Assembly: GCA_963924565.1 (NCBI GenBank)
Contig: OZ004610.1
Location: 31,062,001-31,126,000, forward strand
Direction of reading: 5' to 3'
Length of the DNA: 64,000 nucleotides
Origin: Ascidiella aspersa
Taxonomy: Eukaryota
How positions within the stretch are numbered: position 1 is the stretch's first letter; each line of letters starts with the position of its first letter. Under the pieces are notes generated by a model that saw nothing but the letters and a program-made list of their open reading frames with translations, searched no databases and was not told where the DNA came from. The translations under genes were made by a program, and so were the position numbers. Shown here one piece after another: positions 51,738 through 63,700 of this stretch.

Positions 51738-54700
51738 CTAAAGAAAACAAATTATATAACTGATGTTGTTTCTCATCGATCAAACTTTTTAACTAATTCA
51801 AACGGAATACGAAAGTCTTACCTATTATTTCAAAAGAAACGATCGTTTGGTTTGTAGCGAAGGAAAACCTTGCAGTGCTTGAAGTTACTTGTTCGGTGGT
51901 CAAGTTTTGGGGGGCGATCAAGATGTTAACTAAGAAAAGAAGGAGTGCATATTAGGGTAAAAAAAAACACCGAACTCTTGGAGTGAAGGCAAGGTAATAG
52001 CGTACTCGTTGTCAAGGAGCCAAACACAGTGGTGTTCAGGAGGTTTCCGTTAAGAGCGGTTGTAGCGTCAACAGGAGTCGTGCTGTTAGTGGTGGCTTGA
52101 ACGCTCATGATCACGCTACCGTTCCTGAAAAACAAGTTTACCACACCATTGGTTTGACAATTTGCCTCTTAGTCGATCGAAAATAAAATTCTCAATTAGT
52201 TTTAGCCTTGTAAATAACAAAAGCGTGAACTAAAGCAAAAAGGAAACAACGTAAATTGTGTGATACTTTCTGGAGCTTTAGGTCAATCTTTACACCAATG
52301 ATAGGTGATCATTTTTGCAAACAATATTTTCTTGAGCTTAAGTTAGATAAACCACAGCGGTTATTAAAAAAAAGAACGCAGCTCTTAAAACCAAACGGGG
52401 GCTAAAACAGGGTGAAAAGGCGTGTATGCGAGCACATACGAAAATGCATGTATTAAAAAATTGGCAAAACTCTTTTATTTTAAATACCTTAGTGACGTTA
52501 GTGTGAATTCTGTCAGTGTTGCTCCACTTGAAGTCTTTAAACCGCTGACCAATAGCGGAATAATCTTGTTGAGCAAACTTATAGAGTCAGCTGAAGTGGG
52601 GTCGTTATAACTAACGCTGAAAGTTTCCTGGAGAAGGTTGACCGAAAACTGCACCACGAGGTTCACTGTAATAAAGGTTATTTGCAAATTGTTAAGGCAA
52701 TCCATATGTTTATAACTGGAACACAATAAATAAGATGCCAATTGGGAACTTTTAAGTTACTAAACACAAACACTTGACATTGTACAAAAGTAAGCAATTC
52801 GTCACTTTGTTTTCTGTACTTCATTTTTTAACACGAGGGTATTTTTGTCATAAAAAGACAGTTAGGTATTTTGGCATAGTTCTAAGGCATCGTCGCAACA
52901 AATTACTAAAATTACCAAAAAATAAGCTAAACATGTTAACTTAAAAATAATGTTCACAACATAATACAGCGACTAAAAAAATTGTATTTCGATTCAGGTT
53001 TATGGGTTAACTATTTTGCTAGCAACAACATCGCCATACACAGTAGGATTAAACGTTGTTGCAAATTACATTTTAAACAGCGTAATATTTTGTTTTATCC
53101 AAGTTTTGGTTTCTACTGAAACAATACCTAACTAGAAACATATTGGCTGCAAGTTAGGCTTTGTCTTACCAGTCTTTACAAGCGTTTTGTCACTGAATAT
53201 TGAGTTGACAGTCGAACCAAGCATCGTAACTAATGGTCGTGAACTAACGTTGTATTCAGTGTTTGGATTAAGATTGCAAATTGCCACAGCACTGCTGGAA
53301 TTGGCTGTGATGGATGTATTTATCGATTCCAACTTGTACTGCAAATTTAAAAGAACTTGTTACTAGCTGATCCCCACAATAAATCATAACACCGTAGTAC
53401 CTGGTAAGTTGCGAAAGTGGCATTGCTGTCCAAAACGACAACAATACATCTCGAGTATGTGGCAAGGATAACTGGGGGATTAAGTTGGACACTTGCTGGA
53501 GTTGAAGTCGTTACAGTTGTTGCTACCGTTGCCAGTGGAGTTGTGGTATTTTCAGCTGCAGTTACGTTTGGGGCAGAAGTGGTGGTATTTAGGACTGTTG
53601 GTGTTGTAACCGTTGCCAATGTAGTTGTGGTATTTTCAGCTGCAGTTACGTTGGGGGCAGAAGTGGTGGTATCTAGGACTGTAGGAGTGGTAACTGTTGC
53701 CAATGTAGTTGTGGTATTTTCAGCTGAAGTTACGTTGGGGGCAGAAGTGGTGGTATCTAGGACTGTTGGAGTGGTAACTGTTGCCAGTGGGGTTGTGGTA
53801 TTTTCAGCTGCAGTTACGTTGGGGGCAGAAGTGGTGGTATCTAGGACTGTTGGAGTGGTAACTGTTGCCAGTGGGGTTGTGGTATTTTCAGCTGCAGTTA
53901 CGTTGGGTGCAGAAGTGGTGGTATTCAGCACTGTTGGTGTTGTAACCGTTGCCAGTGGAGTTGTGGTATTTTCAGCTGCAGTTACGTTGGGTGCAGAAGT
54001 AGTGGTATTCAGCACTGTTGGTGTTGTAACCGTTACCAGTGGAGTTGTGGTATTTTCAGCTGCAGTTACGTTGGGTGCAGAAGTGGTGGTATTCAGCACT
54101 GTTGGTGTTGTAACCGTTGCCAGTGGAGTTGTGGTATTTTCAGCTGCAGTTACGTTGGGTGCAGAAGTGGTGGTATTCAGCACTGTTGGTGTTGTAACCG
54201 TTACCAGTGGAGTTGTGGTATTTTCAGCTGCAGTTACGTTGGGTGCAGAAGTGGTGGTATTCAAAACTGTTGGTGTTGTAACTGTTGCCAGTGGAGTTGT
54301 GGTATTTTCAGCTGCAGTTACGTTGGGTGCAGAAGTGGTGGTATTCAGCACTGTTGGTGTTGTAACTGTTGCCAGTGGAGTTGTGGTATTTTCAGCTGCA
54401 GTTACGTTGGGTGCAGAAGTGGTGGTATTCAGCACTGTTGGTGTTGTAACCGTTGCCAGTGGAGTTGTGGTATTTTCAGCTGCAGTTACGTTGAGTGCAG
54501 AAGTGGTGGTATTCAGCACTGTGGGTGTTGTAACTGTTGCCAGTGGAGTTGTGGTATTTTCAGCTGCAGTTACGTTGGGTGCAGAAGTGGTGGTATTCAG
54601 CACTGTTGGTGTTGTAACTGTTGCCAGTGGAGTTGTGGTATTTTCAGCTGCAGTTACGTTGGGTGCAGAAGTGGTGGTATTCAGCACTGTTGGTGTTGTA

Positions 54701-57700
54701 ACCGTTGCCAGTGGAGTTGTGGTATTTTCAGCTGCAGTTACGTTGGGTGCAGAAGTGGTGGTATTCAGCACTGTTGGAGTGGTAACTGTTGCCAGTGGAG
54801 TTGTGGTATTTTCAGCCGCAGTTGCATTGGATACAAAAGCGGTCGTATTAACCACCGTTGGCGCGCTTGTTGAAGTTACCGCTATTGAAGATGTGGTAGT
54901 GAAAACTTTGTAATCGGAATACGGTGAATATCCTGCAGCAGTCGCAGACACGTTAACGAGTGCTCTCAAGCGAACAGAACAAAGCGTGTTGGAGGGCAGA
55001 GCTGTAGCCGTAGAATTGGTGGTTGAAGCTGTGAAGGTGAATTCTTGACTGTTGTTACAGGACACTGCATAAATTAAGTTTGTGTTAAATTCGATGGATA
55101 CGTGGATTCCTATAAGAGTGGTTCCGGCCTACCTTTGATTTCAAAAGAAATCGCTTCGACGGTTGTAGCATATGTGAACGTTGCACTGCTCGATGCCACT
55201 TGACCGATTGTAATGTTTTGTGGTGCGGTTAAGTTTGCAACTAAGCAACAAAAAAAGTGATTAGATAAATGCGACAAAGCTTATCCATAAATGTAAAATC
55301 ACAGCGCGACAAAGCTTATCCATAACTGTAAAATCACAATGCGACAAAGCTTATCCATAAATGTAAAATCACAGCGCGACAAAGCTTATCCGTAAATGTA
55401 AAATTACAACGTACGTGTCGTAACTGGGCCAAGGGCGGTTGTGTTCAAAGAGGTTGTGTTGAGAGTGGAGGTCGCGTCGGTCGCATCAGTGCTGTTGGTG
55501 GTAGCCTCAGCGCTCATAAATACGCTTCCGTTCCTGCAACGAAAGCCAGAAAACAGGTTTCTAAACTTATATCTACCAATTGCCCGAACAAACTGAAAAT
55601 CAAAGCCCATACAAAAGTAGGTATCTTTTTGAACGTTTCCAAAAACTTTTTATTCATTTTCAGATGTTGAAAATTAATAAAGAGTTATTCGTTATTCGAA
55701 ACGTTCAAAGTGATGATGATACATCCTTCTGTATGGGATTTAACGTTCTTATTACGTCTTACTACAACCTCTAACCATTATGCTTCAAACTGAAAATAAT
55801 TACCTCAGGTAAATGAGCGTAATGCCCTGCAAGTTGGCACCACTTCCTGTTTTCACACCGTTTGTGATTTGGCCGCGGTACTTGTTAAGCAGGGCAATTG
55901 ACTGGTTCGACAAACTGTCGCTGTATTCATTCAAGTACACCTCAAGCTTGAGTTGAGTCGAGAACTGCACCGTGAGTAGGCCTGGAACAAAAGCATCACA
56001 TTTCACAATAATTATAAATGTTTGGGGTTCAGTGTAACTCAATACAAGCATAGATATTTGGGAATCAGTTTAACTTATTACAAGCATAGATGTTTGGGCT
56101 CAGGCTAAACTCATTATAAGCATAGATCTTTGGGACTTAGGATTAAACTTAAAAAGCAAAAGCAACTATGGTGTCGGATATACACGCGATTAGATTGATA
56201 TTCATCGGACGATAAATCAAGAATAATGGATTCAAAACAATGTATCCTGACTATGATCTAGAAGCGTAAGTCGATTTCGAATCCTGATTCCGACTCGGGG
56301 CCATTACGTGGGTGAAAAAGTCAATATTCCAGACTACGCTTTTCTACGATTTAAAGGTAAAACTTTGTCGGTTACGAAATTGTTACTGTGCATGTCGGAC
56401 TTTTAGGCCTCATATTGGACTTCAGTCGAATAAACCGACTCCGTCGAGTCCCGAGTGCTGCTGCGACTTCTCAGCCTTGTTTTAAAGTAGCACAATGCAA
56501 CAGACCTGTCTTTGCTTGCGTCGGAGTGCTGAACGCTGAGTCGACAGCCGACCCATTTAATTCTGTCAATGGACGTGAACTGATGTTGTAGTCCGTGTTG
56601 GGACTAAGGTTGCAAATCGCGACAGACGCAGTTGCTGTGTTCGACAAGTTAGCCACAATCGTCGGTCTGTTCTTTGTTTCCACTTTGTACTGAAATAAAG
56701 TGATATAAACGTTTTTAGATTTTTGACTTTTTTCGAGATTTTTTTGACAACCAGTGGTGCAAAATGTACCAAGTTCTTACTCCCCTGCCCATAGCTTTTA
56801 CTAAAGAGTGTAAAAGATAAGTTCGTATCGAAAAAATGTGTTATTTATGTAACTTCTTAGGAGTACTCCTAGTACGCAACTTGACATATCAGCAATTATG
56901 AACTGTTCAAAAAGTGATCCGCATTTCGGAACGGATCGAATGAGGATATAACACACTGAAAAAGTACGCACCTGATAAATCCCGTAGGCTTTGCTCGGAT
57001 CCAAAATAACAACAATGCACTTTGCGTCTGTGGCGAGTATCGAAGGGGCGGATTGCTGTACCGGCGTTGTTATGATAAGTTCTGAAAGCAATAGACAGCG
57101 TTATTTAGCTATCTTTATGTATCTCGGCAAATTGCCGTATTTGTCTAATTCTGAATATAGGGTAATCAAGGGGCACTAAAAAAAAGGTGGAAATTACCTG
57201 ATGCACAGTTGTGCGAAAGATTATCAAGAATCAATACAATTTGTCTTTATATGGTACCACCTGTTTACCCTATTTTTATATATTTTTGTAAGTGGTCGTA
57301 CTTGTCTAGTTCTAAACAGGTTAATCCGGTGACATTGTATAAAAACAAATTGCATTGAATTTCCGACAAGCCTTTGCACAACCGTGCTTCATCAGGTCAA
57401 AGTAGAAAACCTGTTTAATCTGATGAAGCACGGTTGTGCGAAAACTTGTCTATAATCAATACAAAGCAAACAAAAAAGTTTGAAATTTATTTGCAGTGGA
57501 AACTAAAAGTTTTTTCTGTATATGTGGAACTCAAAAAACTTTTTCTAACATTTGAAGATATTTTTTGGGAAGGTGCAGGGGCCACCTGATCGCCCTATCG
57601 TTAAAAAATAGTTCTACTGTAATCGATGACACAAGCAGTCACCTGAACAATTCCCCCCGTTGCAAAGTGGGTTCTTCGCTTTTTAGGTTTAAGTAAACAA

Positions 57701-60700
57701 CTTAAGATCTACAAGTCGAACCTACTTTTACAGGGCGGGAAATCATTCCGCTATCCTTATATAGATATACTGAAACACGAGCAGTTACCTGAACAATTCC
57801 CCCCATTGCCCGTGTACCCAGCGTTGCAAACGCATGAGAAACTGCCTGGTACGTTGGTGCAATTAGCGTTGGCATCGCACGGCGAGTTGTTGCACTCATT
57901 GATGTCAAAGCAGTTGGTGTAAGCATCACCAGTGTAACCAGCAATGCAATCGCAAGAGAAGCTGCCAATTGTATTTGAGCAAGTAGCATTACTGCCACAA
58001 GAGGGACTGGAGCATTCATTGATATCGCCGCATGTAAAGCCATCTCCGGTGTAGCCTTGTGCACAGACGCATGTGTAGCTGCCGATGGTGTCTGTGCAGT
58101 TTGACGTGCCGTTTGGCGAGCAGTTGTTCAGGCTGGAGTTACTGCATTCGTCTAAAAAACACCAATAAACAGAATAAGGTCGAACTCCCAATAAATAAGA
58201 CTGTTAAAAAGGAAGTGGTTTACGGCAATCTGTCTTACGGAGGCAACATATTATTCTTGTTGTTGAGTTGTATGTAATGGACATGGAATATTTAGCACTT
58301 AATTACGAAAAATTATGAATAGGTTGCAAAATTTAATGCTTCACAGTTGTTCTAAATTGTTTAAAGCCGGTCTTTAAAGGTATTTTTGTGTTATTTTAGT
58401 GCGTTTAACTTACCTTCATGTGGCGTCCATAAAACGATTTAAATCTGGCGTCTCAAAATCCCTGTTTTGTCGTTTCAAGCCATTCTTATCGTGTTTTTGT
58501 TCATTAAAATCACAAATCATGGATCTTAACTTACTCCTAACATAATCAGACACAAAATACGTCGTTAACGATACATATTTTTCATCAACTAGCCGACGGT
58601 CCGACTGATTGCATAAAACACATAGGTGTGCGTACTATAGAGACAAAGCAACGTCACTTAAACCAAGCACTCACCGACATTAAGGCATGTGCCGTTCGTC
58701 TCTGCATAGCCCGGGTCGCAATTGCATAAGTAGCCGCCAAACGTGTTGTTGCAGGTGCCGTTGCTTCCACACGGGTCAACTCCGGCCGTGCACTCGTCGA
58801 TATCAGCGCAGACCAGACCGTCGCCCGAAAATCCGGCCAGACACGAGCAGTTGAAGTTGCCAGGGGTGTCGGTGCAGTTCGATGTGCCGTTACCGGCGCA
58901 GTTGTTCAGCGTATTGTTCTTGCACTCGTCTGAATGAATGTGCATGTTAAATCGTGGCCATTTTTGTTACTGTGGCCGCCAAAAAGCGGCAATGACTTTG
59001 GTTTGGGACAGAGATCACCCTGCGTTTGGTCAGCAAATTACTTGATTGGAGTTAAGTCTTTTGGACTAATGAGTTAACTTGATTTAGGTCTTTCGAATAA
59101 ATGACTTGATTTGACTTAAGTCTTTCGAACAAATGACTTAACTTCATTTAAGTTTTTGGACATTTTTAAAAATAAAATTAGGGTATTTATCTTAAATTTT
59201 GCAAATAATACAATATGCGTTCTATATTATGGGATTTGTTATTTTTTAGTTAAGTATTGCTCATAATCGGACTAATGGGCCATTTTGTTAGTGTGGCCGC
59301 CAACAAAGGGTTAATGACTTGAGACAAAGATTATCCCGCGTTTGGTCAGCAATACATTATTAATACACTTTCATTATTTGTATGGGCTATAGGCAACGCC
59401 TTTGTGGCTCAGTGAACGACAGAACCGGTATAGCCGGGTCAGTCTGGCAGTTTTTCTAGTCCGATCAAACTAACTGATTTCGATAACAGCCTTTTCGAAG
59501 GTTAATCTACAGTTTTGGCAATTTGAAAGACAAAACACACATCGTACCAAAACATTGTAAAACTCATTTTTACGTCGAAATTCCCTGGAGACACAGCACC
59601 GTATCATTAAACGAAAGACACACACATATATGTGTTTAATAACAACTGGGTCTAGCCCGTCAGAGCTGCTTTTTGACCTATAAAGAAAGCCTTCGTATAC
59701 GAAAGCCGTAATCGTTGGTCGAAAAGCAGCTTCCGAGGGGCTAGCTAGATCATAGTTGTTACTAAACACATATGTGTGTGTGTGTGTGTTTTATTAAAAA
59801 CCAGGTTGTCGCATAATTGTTTCACCAATATTCATGCAGGTTCCGTTGAGCTGCTCGTAGCCAGCCATGCAGACGCACTTGAAGCCTCCGATCGAATTCT
59901 CGCACATGGCTGCCGCTGCGCACTCAACCGTGGCGTTGCCAGTGGCGTCGCACTCATCTACGTCATTGCAAACCTGCCGCGAGCGAAACACGATAGTTAC
60001 GAAAAGCCGCGCGCGAAAGGTTAAGAATTTCGGACGAATTTAGATTGAGTGCTATGGGCGATTGCAATTGCGAAACACAACACCTGAGAACGTCTGTAGA
60101 AGTTGCACGCGAAAAGGGCACCGTTTTACAGAAATAGATCAAAACCGTACCACTTAGGGTATACTTACTTAGGGTAAACTTAGGGTATATAAAAAAGATC
60201 TAAAATAACTTCAAAAAGTGCACAATACCTTAGTGGAAATAGTATTTGTATACATTCAGGCGATTTGGTCTAAAGTTGTATTAAAAACATACCCCGAGGG
60301 TTTACTAAATTTATTTTTTAGGGGCACTGCTTGTTAAATTAAAAAAACAAGTGGAAAGCTTTAGTTTTATTTAAACCAATTTGTACTATGAAATAGACGT
60401 AATTTAGTTAAATCTTTGAAAACCTTTTAAAAACAGTTTAGCATTAAAACCTCAAAGCGTGGAAATTAATATTTTTTAATCATTTTATGGCAATAAAGTC
60501 ATGTTGCCGTATACTGCCGTCCATTGCCAGTGTAGTCGCAATTACACCCATTTTGAAAAGTAGACTTAATTTACTTAAATTCGGAAAACCTTGTGTTTTT
60601 CTAACAGTTAAGACTTTTAAAGCGTGAAAAAAGTTGTTTTCCCGGTTCGACCATATACTATATTAAGAAGACTAATCTCATCAGAATAAAATCATATTGC

Positions 60701-63700
60701 TTTATACTGACCGGTGTAGCCGCAACTAAACCAATTTGTACGGTTAAACAAGGCGTGATTTACTTAAATCTGAAAGAAAGGCCCTTAAAATACAATTTAG
60801 CATTAAAAAACTGAAAGCGTGAAAAAGTTTTATGAAATATATATATGATTTAATCATATTGCCGTCTACTGACTGTTCCGTCGCCGGTGTAACCGGCCAG
60901 GCAGATGCACGAGAATGATCCCTGTGTGTTAAGGCAGGTGCTACGGTTGGTCGAGCTGTCGCAGTTGTTCAACGTCGAGTTTGCACATTCGTTCACGTCC
61001 ACGCAGTTGCTGCCAGACGTCGTGTACCCCGGCCTGTCAAAATTGCGAGAAATTAGAGTTTTCTTTTTTTTCTTTGGACGACGCATGGAATGATAATAGC
61101 ACTCCTGAAGTCTTTATTTTTCTGGTGTTTAATTTCGTGAAAACTAGCTGTTCGCTAAAAAAAATTACGAATCTCAATTTTCAAATTGCTTTATTGGTAT
61201 TTTTTTAATTGGCCAGAAATATTGCGTCCCTTTGTGTTATCTACATTTAACATTTGTGTGGATTTTTCAGAGATAACCGATTTTTTTTAAAGGGATAAAA
61301 GTACAAGGGTATTTTTCTTTTTTTTATCATTCTAGCCTCGGCGCCATGGAAAATCAAATGAAACGTTAACTAATCAAAGTATTTTTACCAGTACAAAACA
61401 GGTTTTAAAATTCCCTCACAAAACGGATACCTGCAGTTGCAGTTAAACGATCCGATTGTATTGGCGCACACTTGAGTCTGATTGATGCAAGTGTGTGTTC
61501 CGTTCGTACACTCGTCGAAATCGGAGCAGATCAGTTGATTAGAACCTTGCCTGAAGTGAGACACAAATAGTTTGTTGAGTTGCTGCAAATACCATTTAAT
61601 ACGGACATACAGTAATGATTAGTGAACTCTCTTATACCTTTATTTTCTTCCGTCCCATTTCCAAATCTACTAAGTAATGCACAGTTGAATAACAATAATC
61701 ACTTGGTTTCATAGGTAGAACGTTAGTTTAAAATGGTTTACAGCCAAGGAAAATGTTAAACCATTCAATGGTATATTCATTAAACTTTCCTATATCAACC
61801 AAAAGGTCGGTCATTTATAGATTCGGACATTTCGCTACGAAATAAGGCGTCATCACTCATCTGTCTCCCTCCAATGGATGGTTATGTGTACAGTGTTGTA
61901 AACAAGACTTTTTGTGAATTTTTTTGTGAAAACGTTAGTCCAAGTCAAGTCTTTTAAAAAATAGAAAGTCAATTCCCAGTCGAGTCATTAATACAGCGCA
62001 TCGTTTTCGAGTCCAACCAGTAATCTAATAATAAAACGATAAAGGACAAACCATTGAAATTGGAAAACTCGTTAATTGGTAATTAATTCAACTGAAATAT
62101 AATAAAAAAACAGCATGATTATGTAGAAAGCGTTTGACAAATAGCTCAGTTTTATAATAAAATATTAAGTGAAAAGATTTATTTCAACTAAGGTCATTCG
62201 ACTCAACGGCAAGTCATTTGACCCAATGAAGCCCAAGCAAAGTCATTTTGCCCAAACGACTTAAGTTAAGTCAGGGTATTTAAAAACAGTGACTTGAGTG
62301 CACTTTAGATCAAGTCATTGACTTAAGTTATTACGACTCTGATATTGTAGGTGAGTACAGAACACAACCCAACTTACCATTGGTATCCTGAGTTGCACTG
62401 ACACACGAAGGACCCGAGCGTGTTCTCGCAGGTCGAAGTGGCGTTACTGCAGTTGTGGCTTCCCGCCGTACATTCGTCGACGTCTTTGCAGAAGCTGCCG
62501 TTCTTCGCGTATCCGGACACGCAATCGCAACTGTGCGGAACACAAAACGTTTATAAATAGCGCCACGGCGTTGCTCGTTTTTGGAACGCTGGGGCATTGG
62601 TGGCGAAATTTCCAGTCACCTTATTTTACATTGTGATTTTTTCCGCCTTTTACGATTTGGCAAGGATTAGATTTACTTTCTACATATAAGTTACAGCATT
62701 TATATAGGCTATGCAGTATGCACGGATCTGTAGCTTAAAGTATCTTAATAATGAATTGCAAAAAGATCGAGTTGATCGACATTATCTTGGTTAAAACGTT
62801 TCGATACGAACTTGTATCATGTAACTGAAGATGATACAAGCTCGTATCGAAACGTCAAGATGAACTTTTTGGTTTTGTAATTCATTATCAAGCTACATTA
62901 CAAATCCGTGCATAGTACATACAAGTATATGCTAGAATTGTTAAAAATTATTGTCAGCTGCCATTAGTGACGGAAACAGAGACAACCGATTTCGTAAAAA
63001 GCATTGTTGTATTTTTTGTGAAATCAACATTCAATATAACAGCCGTGTGGTAGATTATTTGTTTATTAAAATTACAAACTGGCAATGTTCAACACTCGGA
63101 ACTTAAAGCTTGGTCCAATACCCTGTCCAAACGCAAAAAGAACCAAAATGTAAAACTGGTTTAGTTTTAACTAAAATGTTCCATAATTTGGCTGCAAATT
63201 CCCGTCGTCTATAGTGTTAGTTAATACCGCACGTTTAAAAATCACACAAAGATTAATCTTCACATCAAAACCAAAATTTGGTTAATCAAGAAATAGAAAA
63301 ACCCTAGCATATTTGAAGTTTCGTTTGGCGAAACTATGTTGTGGTGTGAGATCACCAGATATAGTATTTTTAAATGACTAAAATTTATAACTTAGTGTTC
63401 AGTGTTCAATTCGATAATTGTAGTTCACATAAACTTAGCATATCAGCGACCCATGTGGTGACCTGTAGTTGCAGATTTCATTTCAATAAATATTGCTTCG
63501 GTGAAAACAAGGTTGGAGACCACTGGTGTAGTGCAAGTCAATACTGTACACCTATTAATCACACACAAGCCAATCCTTATATTAAAAAAATAAAACGCCG
63601 AGGAACATGGGACATCCGGATATAGTATTTTTATTATAATTTAGTGTTCAGTGTTCATTCTGATAATTGAAGTTTACATAGAACCTAAAATATCTGCGTG

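Noticed and set aside
53521-54822. CRISPR-like regular repeats
   Set aside because: No unique spacers; coding minisatellite in a spliced eukaryotic gene.
53417-54913. 498-aa hydrophobic ORF on the + strand
   Set aside because: Antisense shadow of the 84-bp mucin repeat.
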